DNA of 61,438 nucleotides, filler included, from Dugesia japonica (GCA_001938525.1; 6 parts of 6 records of this genome joined end to end with filler, not necessarily neighbours in it), one strand, 5' to 3'. Positions 39,440 to 53,910 are shown, counted from the first letter of the whole stretch. The notes: generated by a model from the sequence alone, not told the origin. Made by a program: numbers and translations.

Positions 39440-40282
39440 GATTGGATGGTGTTGAAATATGTTCTCCATTGGCAACAACATTGAGACACAAATTATTAAT
39501 TTTTCTGGTAATCAACCCATAGAATACAAAAGATACGTAGATGATATCTTCCTCATTTAAAAGACTAAGATAATATACTACCTGAACATATGAACAATCT
39601 TCATCAAAAGATGAAATTCAGTATAAAAGTTGAAAAAGAGGTTAAACTACCATTCTTAAATGTTCTTGTTAGTAGACAGAGTCACAGCTTTAATACTGCA
39701 CTCTTTAAAACACCAACAGCCACAGAACCATATACCATACCTAAAACGTTTTTTAATATGATCGATATTAATAAAAGGTTTGCTTCATCGAGTATGGTGT
39801 ATATCATCAAGCTTTAGGATTGCTTAACAGATTAGATAGTAGTCTTTGAGCTAATGAATATAACCGCAAAAAAAATTTATAATAATATACCGAATACTCT
39901 AAACAAACTGTGCTCAACATCAAATAATGATACAGAAGAAAATAATCAAGAAAGAAATAACTTTAATACTACCATTCTCGGAAGAAGCTAAATCATTAAG
40001 ATGATCCCTCATGAAATATTTTGATGATAATAAATTTAGATTAATTTATTCATTTGTGTTAATTGATAAAAGAAAATATTGTATTTTTGATGGAATGTTT
40101 GAAGGATTTTTTAAACATTTTAGTAATTTCATAGCATTTGTATTCCATCTTTTATTTGTGAGTTTTTTGAAATTTTCATGCAAAAGTCAATTCCTGACGA
40201 AGAGAAAGTCGAAAAATAGAAATTTTATCAAAAACCAAATTAAAAACAAATTTTGATCGAAGCTTTTATTTTAATGAATTCT
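39440..40282 (+). mobile_element. Penelope-like retroelement relic (RT plus pLTR)
   Basis: DGVEICSPLA, KRYVDDIF and NNLHQKMKFSIKVEKEVKLPFLNVLV...KTPTAT are Penelope RT motifs. The 3' part matches the 18686-18866 repeat. Confidence 0.85.
40190..40222 (+). ncRNA. Degenerate hammerhead in the Penelope pLTR
   Basis: attc-CTGACGA-agagaaagtc-GAAA; stems II and III carry mutations relative to 18741-18773. Confidence 0.5.
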
Positions 40283-40354
40283 CATACAACTCTAATCTAA
40301 TGCGCTATTTAAACTCGATAGCTTATTGAGCATAAATTCAACTGTAGTTTCCGT

Positions 40355-41054
40355 TGTTAATAATGTTGAATTTTCACGACTTAATCATCAGTGAATAAAA
40401 TTCAGAAAAAGTTTCAAAATGACACCATTTTGTTTTATTAATGATGCATTTATAATAGCAATAGAATACTAGTAGTGCATTACATATAAATGAAGTTCAA
40501 TTTTGTAATATGTGTTTTAATAATAATTAATTAGTGAAGTTTTTAAATAAATCTTAGTTTCCCAAGTTACTTTATTGCTTATCAGTAACATGGCGTCACG
40601 ATCATTGCTGAGGAACTTCTAGGCTGGTTAAATGATAAAAAGATGTTTTCGAAGAAATTTGCAATTCTAGAAAATATTTTTAATCATATTACCGAATTCG
40701 AAAAATTTGCTGGGGATCCTACAGAACGCTCAGAGAAGTTATTGAAAAATTTAGAAGAAGTAGCATTTTTTGAACTCCAACCAATTCCAGAGTTTAAATC
40801 TAATAAATCAAATAATGAATTGCTGAAGAAAAAGTTAATTGAATTATATCAGATCATGGCAACCAAGGTTACTTCCATTATTAATATTTTCTCCTTAAAG
40901 CAGGAAGATATGGCTCTTAAACAGTATCTAACTGCCATCAGAGAGGTTGGGATTTGGGAAAGGCCAGAATATGATGCATTTTTTGGAGAAAAAACTCTCT
41001 TATAAATATTTTTGAAAGGAGTAAATAATCGTATGGCAGCCAGAGCCACGGAAA
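40355..41054 (+). mobile_element. 5' end of an LTR retrotransposon: LTR (40355-40590), PBS and gag-like ORF
   Basis: TGTTA...TAACA inverted termini, immediately followed by TGGCGTCACGA (complementary to a tRNA 3' end, likely tRNA-Ser). ORF 40643..41005 follows. Cut by the spacer. Confidence 0.65.
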
Positions 41055-41154
41055 NNNNNNNNNNNNNNNNNNNNNNNNNNNNNNNNNNNNNNNNNNNNTT
41101 AATTAATTAANNNNNNNNNNNNNNNNNNNNNNNNNNNNNNNNNNNNNNNNNNNN
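41055..41154. other. Artificial contig spacer
   Basis: N44-TTAATTAATTAA-N44. Confidence 0.95.
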
Positions 41155-41165
41155 TCATAAGTAGG

Positions 41166-42063
41166 TTTTTATGAATATTAAAAATCTTACAAAATATATT
41201 TATACTTTATATATAAAACAATTAAAATTTAATTGAGGTTGAGGAATTTATCATTGATTTTAAATTTATAATATTTCAGAAAAATTAATAGATTGAATCG
41301 ATCTTAATTTCTATTCGATGAATTTTTAAAACTCAATAAAATAAATAATATAAAGAAATTCTNNNNNNNNNNNNNNNNNNNNNNNNNNNNNNTTCATAGT
41401 AAACTTTCTCATTGTGAAAATCCATATAATTTCAGAAATCTTCAAATTTTAATTCTTTCTCATAATAAATTAAATACCAAGAAATTAATAACAAGTTTTT
41501 ACAACATCGATTAATCTATCTATTAACATGTCAACAACATATTACACATGCTTTTACAAGTTCCAACAAAAGTCATTACANNNNNNNNNNNNNNNNNNNN
41601 NNNNNNNNNNNNNNNNNNNNNNNNNNNNNNTTTTTATGAATATTAAAAATCTTACAAAATATATTTATACTTTATATATAAAACAATTAAAATCAAAATT
41701 ATGCAATATATTTAATTGAGGTTGAGGAATTTATCATTGATTTTAAATTTATAATATTTCAGTAAAATTAATAGATTGAATCGATCTTAATTTCTATTCG
41801 ATGAATTTTTAAAACTCAATAAAATAAATAATATAAAGAAATTCTATTTATGATTTCATGGAAATATAAATAATATTCATAGTAAACTTTTTCATTGTGA
41901 AAATCCATATAATTTCAGAGGTCTTCAAATTTTAATTCTTTCTCATAAAAAATTAAATACCAAGAAATTAATAACAAGTTTTTACAACTTCGATTAATCT
42001 ATCTATTAACATGTCAACAACATATTACACATGCTTTTACAAGTTCCAACAAAAGTCATTACA
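41166..42063. repeat. ~430-bp direct duplication across a gap (41166-41580 / 41631-42063)
   Basis: Near-identical copies differing by a short indel and a few SNPs; probably two haplotypes assembled in tandem. Confidence 0.85.
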
Positions 42064-44046
42064 TAATTATTACATGCAACCTATGAAATTATTTGTATGT
42101 TTATGTTGGTTAGAGTTCATTCAAATCTTTGGTATAAACATACTTGAAAATTGAAATTGATAAATAATCAAAATTTACCACATTATATAAATATCATTTT
42201 TCTTAGTTTAATTAAACTGTTTTAGTAAAGAGTAACATCCTATTAAATTTTTTTTAATTTTAGAAATTCGTAAATATGAGTATTTAGAAAATATTACAGA
42301 AAAATATAATTTTATTCAGAACAGTTGTCTTGGTCATATTTGGAATTTGCTAGATGAATTATTTCCTAGAGTTTATTATCGCTTAAACGTGATTATTAAA
42401 ATAAAAGCTTATTGAGATAAGAGTTGAAAATAGCAAATTTTCCACATCAAACTATTAATTTTCTTCTAATTGAAAATAATTTCAACAAAAATTCTTTTTC
42501 GTGAAAATACTTGTTTACAATGAATATTTGCTAAATTAGTCATATTCTAAGTCATTATATAGAACAAAGTAATGTATCATATTTAGTTTTCTTAATTTTT
42601 GTAGAGTATTTGATGGTCTATTGTCCAGAAAAGATTTTTGATTTAACAATATAGACTTATTATGTACTATTTTACTTAACGTTGTCAATATTTATATTTC
42701 CTTGAATTAGGCTAAAAATTAATAGAAAATATTTGCTTTTATATTCGCATATATATATATATATATTGTTGATTTTTATTATTATCAAATGTTTAATTTA
42801 ATTTAATTGTTTTTAATTTTTGTTTACCCTAATAGTAAAAAATTATAAAAATTAATGATGAATGTTAAAAATGTAAACTAAAAACATAATAATGAAGAAT
42901 CATCTAATAAAGCTGCAAAAAATGATGTAATGAAGTCAGCGGTATGGACCTTCGGTTTGGTAGAGTGAACTGAGCCCTCGGGGATTTGGTTATTTTTATT
43001 TATTTTCTTATACTTTATGGTCATTGTCAATAATGCGACATTCATAATGTAGAAAAGCTATAAATATAAAGTTTTTTTTATAATTTGTTCCTATAAAATT
43101 TATTTCGTATTAACTTTAAAAACACTCAACTTTGTAATATTTTTAAATTATTATTTTAAAACACTAAACTAGGTTTTCCAGTACCAAAGAACTCTTTTAA
43201 AACTGATTTTGGTACTGAAATAAAATATCGAAACCGGGAATACCGGTATTTTTAGTATTAAAAATCTTATATTTTAGTTAACAAATCTTAAGTCATAAAT
43301 TAAACCTGAAAAATATATATTTTAAACTAAACGTGTTTTAATTCATTTTTGAGGTGAATTAAACAAAACAAAAGAAATGAAAATGATTAGAAAGTTAAAA
43401 TGCATTTCAGTATTGTTTCAAGCAATTAGCTTACAAAAAGCGTAATGTATTTGTACTGTCATCTGAAAGCATCGACCGCATTTTTATTAGAAAAATCCCT
43501 GTTTCTGAAAATGCTCTTTCTGCTTCAACAGTGGTAGGTCGTACGGTTTTTTAATAACATTCAATTATACTTAGATATTTAGAGTCTTACAGCCTTCCTC
43601 TTTATAATATTTTAATTCTAATCGGATAAGTTTTNNNNNNNNNNNNNNNNNNNNNNNNNNNNNNNNNNNNNNNNNNNNCTTGGATACCAACATTTACTTT
43701 AATTTTTGCTCATTAAATTCTCTTAATTACATCTGCTTTTCCACTTCCGCGATCATGATTTCTGAATTAGTGGTCTCCAAATCGTTATCCACATTTGAAT
43801 CCTTAAGGTCTGGTGAATGAACGCAAAATTTTTCGAAAAGAAAAACAATTTGTGACATTAATTTTGTTTTCAAAGTTAAGTTAAATGTATCATGATTTTC
43901 TCGTTCATTGTTAATACTTTTAGAATTCCTAAAGAAATGAAAAATATCAACGGTGTTCTAAAATTCTACATGTTAATGGAATTTTAAGATCATTACAGAG
44001 AGAATTTTCTTATTTAGAGAGTTCATCAAATATAAACTCCGATGCA

Positions 44047-44090
<44 letters not shown>

Positions 44091-44095
44091 TATAA
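44047..44095. repeat. (ATT)n microsatellite
   Basis: Direct reading. Confidence 0.95.
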
Positions 44096-47000
44096 TTATT
44101 TATTATTATTTATATTATATATTTATTATAGATAAAAGCCTCTTAAATATCTATCTTCGTTAATGAGTTGAATATTTTCACAATATACCAGAATGTTTCA
44201 TAACGCCTTGTCTTTTATAATGTTATTTTGATATCAATTACGTATTTGTCTGTTTATGAAAACAATAATTATGAAATAAATTTCGAAAATTAAATAACAT
44301 TCAAAACAGAAAGTTTTTTATATGCAAAATAAATAACATGAAGACAATTAACTTATTTAAATAAACCACATGAACACTGATATTAATCCTCTATCAACCG
44401 AATTTAAGAAAACAAATGTCATTGAATAAAAGCATTGATCATATGTATGAAATTGGTTATTATTTTAGATGGCACATATAAATAATAATCTATTTTTTAA
44501 ATAAAATAAAAACAATTTACGGAATATACAATTCTAAAAATTTGATTATATGGAGTTTAAACATGATGCTAAAAGATTACGAATTCAATAACGTGAATTA
44601 TCATTTCTAAGCAAACTAATTCAAATGACTTAATGACAGCTCATTTACTATTAAGCATTCAGTAAATATTATCATGTGATATTTGTAAAAAAAAACATTA
44701 ATTCAGTGTTGTCGGCGCCATAAATTCTAATGGCATTTAACGACTAATAACTACTGATAATTTCTGTAAGCAACTACTACTATTGATTTATTTTGTATTT
44801 GATAAGATTACAAATTAATTATACAATGTTAAATTCGATTAAGTATCGATATTTGCATTGGTCAAGCATATTCGTTTTTATTTTGTAGTACCTATTTTCC
44901 AGATAATGGGAATTTAGGCTAATTTTAAAAAAATCGATTTAATTTTGATCTTTTACAGATTTTTTACTAGATATTTTCCTAACTCTATATTTACATCTAA
45001 ATCCTATTTTATTTACTTCTATGTAAATTTATATTGAAATCTATTCACTATTCATTCTCTATTCATTGAAATCTATTCTAGTAAATGAATTTCGTTTAGT
45101 TCAAATTCGAATGAATTATACAAAGAAAACACGCTAACTAATTTCGACAAATATTTCTGATATAATGTAAAATTTTTGGATTGCGAGGAAAAAGTATTGG
45201 TGAAATTAAAATTTTAGTTTCGCCTAGTCATGTTCACGTACTTATTTAAAAACATAATTCAATATCCTTTATTTTTTCTATTTGAATTAAGTTGTGAATA
45301 ACGATGGAAAATATTTTGATTGAATGTACTGTGCTATTTGTAATAATATTAATAAAAATTATNNNNNNNNNNNNNNNNNNNNNNNNNNNNNNNNNNNNNN
45401 NNNNNNNNNNNNNNNNNNNNNNNNNNNNNNNNNNNNNNNNNNNNNNNNNNNNNNNNNNNNNNNNNNNNNNNNNNNNNNNNNNNNNNNNNNNNNNNNNNNN
45501 NNNNNNNNNNNNNNNNNNNNNNNNNNNNNNNNNNNNNNNNNNNNNNNNNNNNNNNNNNNNNNNNNNNNNNNNNNNNNNNNNNNNNNNNNNNNNNNNNNNN
45601 NNNNNNNNNNNNNNNNNNNNNNNNNNNNNNNNNNNNNNNNNNNNNNNNNNNNNNNTTAATAAATGATTTCCTCACATTTTCTCCAGAGACTTTTGCTTGT
45701 CTTTTACAATTCATTAAATTAAATGATGACTTATATAAAAAATGAAGTTTTATGTAAATATCATCAAAATTATCAAGACAAGTATGTTGTGAATAATTCT
45801 TTTTGGTTAAAAGATCTTCTAGGCCTTACAACTATAGGGATTACGAAAAATATTAAATATTTTGAACATTTACTATTCGATGTGAGGATTGTTTTCGAAT
45901 ATTTAAAAATTAAATAATTTTTAATTATTAATATTTATTTAAACGATATTATCTGTACTTGGATTTATTAGAAATTACATCTGTAACAAAAAATCAGGAA
46001 AATCCGCCTCTAAACTGGTGTTTTGTCTTATTTTTTTACGTGTTTCATAAATCCATTGATTTTATTTTATGAAAAAATCTGAAGGCCTAAGTCCTTCATG
46101 TAAATATTCAATTTGACCTTACCAGCTAAAAGGAAATAATTATGAAAAATTCCAACCAATAGAAATTGGTTGAAATTCTTTTAATAAATTCTTTGTTTCT
46201 ATTGGTCAATGTTTTACTAAATATATTTATAGTTGTTAATTGCAAATAAAAATGTCTTAAAAGAATAGTTGTGATTTGGAAAATAAATTATATTTATAAG
46301 ATTTACCTAACGCTAGCCAATTTTTAATCATTACAAAAGCTTCCCATTTTTTATTCTAAATAAATTCAAAAAAATCATAAACATTTTGTTTGAAAAATCG
46401 TATGCGAAACCATTGTCACATAATAGTTAAAGTTGAAAATCAAATTACTACTAAATAAACTACTTCATTTTGAATATATGTTTTCAGATGGCTACTCAAA
46501 TAAATTATTTCAATAGAAATCTAAAATTATTATTATTCGAAACCTGACTTTAACAGTTTTTTTCATAAATTTATAACAATAACTTCTGTTGTTTGAAATT
46601 TGTGATGAATTTGGTTCCTTGATAAATACACTGATAAGCAATTCTTGGTAAAATATTGTAACGCTTTCATTGTATATATAAGGTTTTCGGTAGTAATTCC
46701 ACAATGTAAAGTTGTATTTTGATATATTACAAATTTATTATTAATAAAATTTAAATTTTCAAAAATTACTAAAATAACCAATAAATATCGGCAAGGATTA
46801 AATTAATTCAGAAATGACAATAAGGAACAGTGCAATTTTTAATAATGATCGTTAAAGAATTGTTAATCCATTTCTCGTTATCAATACAATTGCTGATATT
46901 TCTAGAATAATAAATATTCGTAGAATTACTGTTTATGTAGTTATTAAAATTTATTTACGAAATGGGACTTATGAAAACGATGGAAACCTCGAGAATCAAA

Positions 47001-47153
47001 ACTTTACACACACANNNNNNNNNNNNNNNNNNNNNNNNNNNNNNNNNNNNNNNNNNNNNNNNNNNNNNNNNNNNNNNNNNNNNNNNNNNNNNNNNNNNNN
47101 NNNNNNNNNNNNNNNNNNNNNNNNNNNNNNNNNNNNNNNNNNNNNNNNNNNNN

Positions 47154-47215
<62 letters not shown>
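47154..47215. repeat. (AAT)n microsatellite
   Basis: Direct reading. Confidence 0.95.
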
Positions 47216-47219
<4 letters not shown>

Positions 47220-48129
47220 TAAAAAGTTAACTGCTTTGCAAAATATTTATGTAATCACCGAAAGCTTGCTATTCGGGTCCTTGGAATTTCTTTACTGTTA
47301 AGAAACAGATTTTTAAAAATTTCATTTTCTACAACTGTTTATTTGAAAGTTAGTTTAAGGCTGGATATTTATATTAATTCAGGAATGTCGGAATGTTTTA
47401 TCCTAAAATTTATAGTCTTCAATTCCAATTTTTGTTTATTAGGATCGATTTTTTGTTGAACGAAATTCAAGATTTTTGTTTGTTATTTATAAGTAAAATT
47501 CATACCATGTGTTATTGAAAATTTAATAATTCCTTACTTAGTATTTTAGGTAACGAAATATAAATATTATTTATTAAATACATGCAGCAATATTATAATT
47601 TTATATGTGAAATAAATGAGTAAATGGTAATAAAATTTCANNNNNNNNNNNNNNNNNNNNNNNNNNNNNNNNNNNNNNNNNNNNNNNNNNNNNNNNNNNN
47701 NNNNNNNNNNNNNNNNNNNNNNNNAAATTTTAAAAACTCTTGATCTGAAACGTTAGTTTCTTGTATTGATTGAAATGATATTGGACGAAATTTTACAAAT
47801 TTTTTTAAGATCAAGCAAGTTATTTAAAGTCTATTGAAAATGAGTTGCTTATTACAAGCAAATTATATTTATTCTTTATCTCTCATCAATGTTGAAGATA
47901 ATTTTAAATAATCTTCAAAATAAATACGTAATTATTAAGATTCAAACTATCATCCCGTATCTCGCTTATCTTTGCTACTTGGATACCAGAAAAATTACTT
48001 AAATTTTTTGTGTATTCATTTTACATATTCAGTAAAAAACTATGGTATAATAATTGAGAAATTGAATTTATATCTATTAAAGCAAATTTTGAAGTGTTAA
48101 ATTGATATTATTTTAAATCTATTGTCTAA

Positions 48130-48416
48130 ATAAGTGTTTATCAACCACGGTCCCATTTATGTGTCGCACGATTTTCTTAAGTGTGTCTAGAACTATTATC
48201 ACGTACACCTGAAGAAAATACACCCAAATTAAATTTAAATTTAATTAAATATATAAAACCACTGGAATAAAGCATATTCATATTTATGTTTTTTATTTAA
48301 TAAAGTTTATTGCATTCTATCTAATGACATTATTAAGTATATTTTTAAAAAATTTTTCAATATTTTTATGTGCTCTGAGATGTTCCTCTGGTAAAAGAAG
48401 GTTAAGAAACACTGGT
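48130..48416. mobile_element. Probable hAT/Charlie-type MITE
   Basis: agtgttttatcaacc ... ggttaagaaacactg imperfect TIRs. A similar end, ggttaggaaacactg, is at ~38361-38375. Confidence 0.5.
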
Positions 48417-49075
48417 CTAAATAAAAACCATAAAATACTAATAAAAGTTAGCACATGTTGATATATTCAGTAGTATGGGTTGATTGACGCCATTTTTATG
48501 AAATAAAATTATTTTAATAAATTTTATGAAAATAATAATTTTATGAGCAAAATCGATATTTCACTATGCACTATATTAATTATAATATTTTTAATATCTC
48601 GGTTATTATCAACCAAATATTATTTAATTATTTTTATATAGTTATATATTGTTAAATAATTTGTATTAAATTTTAAGAAAAATTAATAAATAAAATAAAC
48701 TTTTCAATTAATATATTCAAATACTTTAATAATATATTAACTAAAGGTTTTTTAAATCTCATATTTGTAATATTTCCAAATAGAAAAAATTACTTTTATA
48801 TTTTTGGTGATGATGTTCCATGAATATTTTAGTACNAAAAATCGATTGGGACTTAAACCATAGTTCATGATTTCAGAAAGCCTTAAAAAGTTTCAGAAAT
48901 GTTACATTTTGTCTTATTCTATCGAAAGACAAACTGATACAAATTCAATAATATATTTCAATATTGCAGAAATTTTTTATCAATTATCAAAAATAAAATA
49001 TAAACTGGAATATCGATTTAATCTTTCTCATAATTTTGTTTTCAATCCAAATATTATGTATAATTATATTTTTAG

Positions 49076-49256
49076 GATCGGGTAAATCTTACACTATGAT
49101 GGGAACATCTAGCCAACCCGGAATAATTCCACGTTTGTGTAATTCTCTATTTGAAGAAATAGCTCAAAGAGAATCTTCCAATCTTTCCTATAAAACTGAA
49201 GTTTCTTACATGGAAATTTACAATGAAAAAGTTCATGATTTACTGGATGTTCAAGG
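49076..49256 (+). CDS. KIF13: Kinesin-3 (KIF13/Khc-73-like) motor-domain internal exon
   Basis: tttag|GA...GG|gtaa. [20 protein letters not shown]...[18 protein letters not shown]-loop-containing exon. No other exons recognised in this contig. Confidence 0.88.
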
Positions 49257-50275
49257 GTAATTATAAATATATTGATTTTTAACTTTAAAGTTCAATTGAT
49301 TTAACTTATAATAACAATACATAATACATTCAGTCTTTCATCAAGTATGTTGTCAAAGTAAGTTCTAATGTTTGGCTATTTAATCGCTATCCATATAACC
49401 GCTGAATATTTTATATGGTCTAGGTAGCTTTTTTGTTTTGAATTGTTTTATTGATTAAATGAAACTACAATGACGCATAGAGCAGTCATAATTTATATAT
49501 TCAATATACGAATAAACACAATCAATTATTCAGCAATCTATTGATGATAATAATAATAATTATAGATCAACAATATATAAAATTTTACACATACAAAATA
49601 AGAAATAAATTTTTGATTGGTACTCGGTAATGATCTTTACATGAAGTTTTTTGATGCCTTATTATAAAATCACATGAACAGAATTTGTTACATAATGGAT
49701 TTAATGTTCAAACATGCACACTCGATCCAGATTCGTATTGTTTTCGTAATTAGATTTTTTAAATTAAAATATATTACTTTGAAATTACTGTTTTATTTAA
49801 TCATGGTTTTCAATTTTGATTTTGATAACGAGTGATGTTATCATTTTTCACTTGAAATTTTCACAATGAAATAATTATTATTAATGTTATTCGGTTAGTT
49901 GATTTATAATAGATATCTGCATATTTAAGATTTCCTTTCTTTCACTAGTATTATATAGAACTCTTATTAGTGTTTTTTAATTAACAGTTACACTTGTTTG
50001 GAATTAGTCTCAAAACAACAAAACAAAATATTAAAGATTATTCTCAATCTTATTTACTTTTCTATACAACCTAGAACAAAGATAGTGATACATATTCACT
50101 AAATCTGGCATTGACTGGTCTTACTTATTTAAAATATTTTCGATTTGTTAGCTTTGGCTTCGCTTGAGCTTCGAATGCGCAATTTATAATTATGTCCTAT
50201 TTTAAACAATGTAAGAATTTAATTTCTTCTAATTTACATTTAAACAGCGTAGATTTTTTCTAATTAATTCAGTGT

Positions 50276-50375
50276 NNNNNNNNNNNNNNNNNNNNNNNNN
50301 NNNNNNNNNNNNNNNNNNNTTAATTAATTAANNNNNNNNNNNNNNNNNNNNNNNNNNNNNNNNNNNNNNNNNNNN
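50276..50375. other. Artificial contig spacer
   Basis: N44-TTAATTAATTAA-N44. Confidence 0.95.
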
Positions 50376-50453
50376 GACGACATCGCGGCTTTTAACTTCA
50401 TTGTCACTACCCCGGACCAATGGCTAGATCCGGAGGCGCTAGATTTGCTTTAA
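50376..50453 (+). CDS. 3' end of an orphan gene 'Z' paralog (cut by the contig start)
   Basis: DDIAAFNFIVTTPDQWLDPEALDLL* versus DDVATFNFTVTDPNQWLDPGALDLL* at the end of 61033-61415. AATAAA follows. Confidence 0.8.
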   Translation, partial: DDIAAFNFIVTTPDQWLDPEALDLL

Positions 50454-51532
50454 TTGTATTAATGTCAAATAAATATTTTCATTAGGATTGTAACGAATTT
50501 AATTTTCTTAAATAATATTAGGGAAGTATATAGAACCCGAACTAAAGGTTTACTGGTGTGTACCCCCATTAAGTGAGAGGTCAACCGCAGTAAACTGAAA
50601 ACCTACCACAGGGACGGTAGGGTAAATTCTTGGAAGGGTTCCCCTGGGGGCTGTTTTTTCCCCGGCCATTTTTCCAATTCAGGTGGGACCCCAACAAATA
50701 TATAATTCCTATAACTAAATTAAGTTGAAAATTCATAATTTGTTTTATACATTTATACTTAAAAATGAAAGCCACCGTGTTACCCCATTTAGTGTGCGCG
50801 CGCACATAAGTAGAAATCATAAAAATTGATAAAAAAAAAGCAAACATTTTGTATTTTTTCCTCTTATTTTGTTCATTCGTCTATAATGCGCTTCATTATA
50901 GAGTCCTCGGTAAGAGCTTCGTTTCTTATTGCTCTCAGGAACTGACACATCCCGACTTGCTACGTATTAATGATTTAAAGATTTTAAGACGCGTCAATAC
51001 TTTTAGACCATTTTGTGTTATTAATTATTACTTTAACGAAATCAATATAATAGTTTAAATTTTAAATTATATTTCACGAAATATTTAAGTACTTTAAACT
51101 AATTATTCTAGTTTAGTTCAATAAACAAAATTCCTTCTCATAAACAAAAACAATATCATGTGATCTATGAAATCAAAACGTAACAGCATAATTTTATAAA
51201 CGGAAATTAATATTTTCAAGTAAATTCATGTTAACCTCAAAGTTTCTGATACTCATTGAATACACCAAGCACAATATTATCACTTGTATTTCAGTAATAG
51301 AAAGTTCAATCACCAAACATTAATGCTTAAGGTATCATTAATCTTCATCTCTTTACCATATATTACTTTATTTCGTTCATTGTCTCATTACACAAAACTT
51401 GAACCCATATTCATCTCTTCATTATCTTAAACATCAGCATCTTTAACCGTAAACTTTTATCATCGTTATCATCAAATCTCTTTTATCATAATCATCTTAT
51501 CAATATTCTACTTATGCAGTGCATAAATTCAT

Positions 51533-51628
51533 AAGGGATGATCTGGTGCATTGGATATCTATGTTGTGATGATCGTTACCACCAACAAGGCCAGTGATGA
51601 CGACCATCACCTCAGTTTTCCGTTTTAA
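51533..51628. repeat. Segment 'W', homologous to 10130-10225
   Basis: See 10130-10225. Confidence 0.65.
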
Positions 51629-52593
51629 TAAAATTATTATTTATTTATTTTTTTTATGATAATTTTATAAATAAATGAAAATATTTAATAATAAATGCTG
51701 CTTAAAAGTTCATTTTAATCTTTCTTTTTCTCTCATCAATGTAATTTTATTTTTAATACATGGATACTTTCAACACATTTATACAAATTATAAATAATAA
51801 TAAATATTCCTTGTTTTATTGANNNNNNNNNNNNNNNNNNNNNNNNNNNNNNNNNNNNNNNNNNNNNNNNNNNNNNNNNNNNNNNNNNNNNNNNNNNNNN
51901 NNNNNNNNNNNNNNNNNNNNNNNNNNNNNNNNNNNNNNNNNNNNNNNNNNNNNNNNNNNNNNNNNNNNNNNNNNNNNNNNNNNNNNNNNNNNNNNNNNNN
52001 NNNNNNNNNNNNNNNNNNNNNNNNNNNNNNNNNNNNNNNNNNNNNNNNNNNNNNNNNNNNNNNNNNNNNNNNNNNNNNNTATTTATTTTTTTATTCATTT
52101 TCTTATTACTCTTTAATTTATTTCCTTCTATAATTTTCATATTTTACGAAAGGTTGTTTTAGCATTACAAATAAGTCCGTAGGATAAGTAAGAAAAAAAC
52201 AAAATTTTGACAAAATTTGATTTTATTATTCAACCTAGTTGCCTTTGAGGGTGATACAACGAGTATAGCAATTTTCCCACTTTTCGATACCACTTTTATA
52301 GTACGATTTCTCTTTTTCGTATGTATGTGTGTTGTATTTATTTATAAAAAAATTCATAGTCACGGGATTTTCGGTGTATGTGTGTTGCATCTGAGTTGCA
52401 TACCTATTGCATTTTTTGAAAAAATCAATAAAAATTCTCAGGCATGTGACTTTCAGTGTATGTATTTTGCAGGAGTTGCATCTGACTTCCATTTATTAAT
52501 AAAAATTTCCTAGGCATGTGATTTCTAGTGTGTTTTTTAACTTTCAATGATAAACAATATACTAAATTATTAGTAAATTAAAGAAAAAACAAG

Positions 52594-53213
52594 ATGGAGA
52601 TAAAAAAAATGATGCAGTCTATATAATTGTTGGACCTAGTGGTAGTGGGAAAACTGTGTTTTTAAGTCAATTATTGAAATCAAAGTTATTCAAGTCAAAA
52701 TTTAAAAACATATACTGGCATAGGGGCGCAGATGAGGAGCATGGATTGACTAAATCTGAATTTTGAAATATTAAAATGAAAATCATAAATGGTTTTGATT
52801 CCAATTGGAGCAAAAGATTAAGACCAGGTGATGTTATTGTTGTTCATGATCTGTATCAGGAGGCAAACAAAGAAAACGATTTCAATAATTTTCACAAAGA
52901 TATCGAGACATCGTAATGTGACTGTGATATTTATAACTCAAAATCTATTTCATAAAGGAGGAAGTCATAGAACCCGTAATTTAAACGTGCAATATTTGGT
53001 TCTATTCAAAAATCCTAGAGATCAAACTGTTTTTTGATTTTCTAGCAAGACAAGCATATCCAAAAAACATAAATTTTCTTATTGAATCATTTCAAGATGC
53101 AACAGAAAAACTACATGGATATCTATTTCTTGACTTTACACCAGATGATTGTAGGATATATAACTGATATTATCAACCCTAATGGTATCACAGTATATAA
53201 AAAAAATAGATAA
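52594..53213 (+). pseudogene. A32/FtsK-like packaging ATPase
   Basis: Walker A GPSGSGKT, Walker B-like VIVVHDL, SRHRNVTVIFITQNLF, NVQYLVLFKNPRD and HGYLFLDF; frameshifted. Confidence 0.9.
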
Positions 53214-53507
53214 TGTTTTATAATATTATATAAAATGGCAAAGTTTAAGAAAATTGAAGTTGATTCAGTTACTGATGGTAATATTGTTAAACACCGGAAA
53301 AGGCTGGTTTTGAAGAAAAAGACGAAACAATCTTATAAGAAAAAATTCCATAAGAAACAAGCTCATAAGAAAACGTATGCAAATAAGAAAAACAATTGAA
53401 TAAATTTAAAACACTTGCAAAAAGTATTGAAAAAACTGTAATTGATGAATGGAAAATGGATATCATTATAAACAATTAACTAGTATGTTTTTGTCTTTGA
53501 AATAAAA

Positions 53508-53825
53508 ATGAAATTAGAAAAAAGTATTCCGTTTTTTACTGCTTTGATTAAATCATCAAAATCAATGAGAATGAAAATTTTGGAATCATTTCTAACGCAT
53601 ATTATGGATGATTTACTTGAGATTATTGTAAATATTGTTCGTAGTGATATATATTTGAGCGAAGCTAAAAAGGAAACATTGAAAAAACATATAAAAACCT
53701 TACTATCGCTTGTAAATACAAAAAATAGGAAATTGATGAGGAAAATATTACGAGATAATCAAGGTGGTGGTTTTATAGCAGCATTACTTCCAATTGCGGC
53801 ATTAGGCTTAAGTAATTTCAAATAA
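53508..53825 (+). CDS. Polinton small basic protein with an adenovirus pX-like C-terminus
   Basis: Intact 105-aa ORF ending QGGGFIAALLPIAALG, resembling the GG|F-amphipathic tail of adenoviral pX. Confidence 0.65.
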   Translation: MKLEKSIPFFTALIKSSKSMRMKILESFLTHIMDDLLEIIVNIVRSDIYLSEAKKETLKKHIKTLLSLVNTKNRKLMRKILRDNQGGGFIAALLPIAALGLSNFK

Positions 53826-53910
53826 ACAATAGTCACTTTTTGCCAATATATAAATAAACAATGGGCGGATTGCAATCATTACCTAATTTTGACTTAAAAT
53901 TTACATTGTA

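Noticed and set aside
41166-42063. Biological tandem duplication
   Set aside because: The copies flank an N gap at a contig start and differ like alleles, so an assembly artefact is more likely.
45304-45714. ORFs made of X residues (also 15428, 22460, 41528, 46962, 51736)
   Set aside because: Artefacts of translating N gaps.
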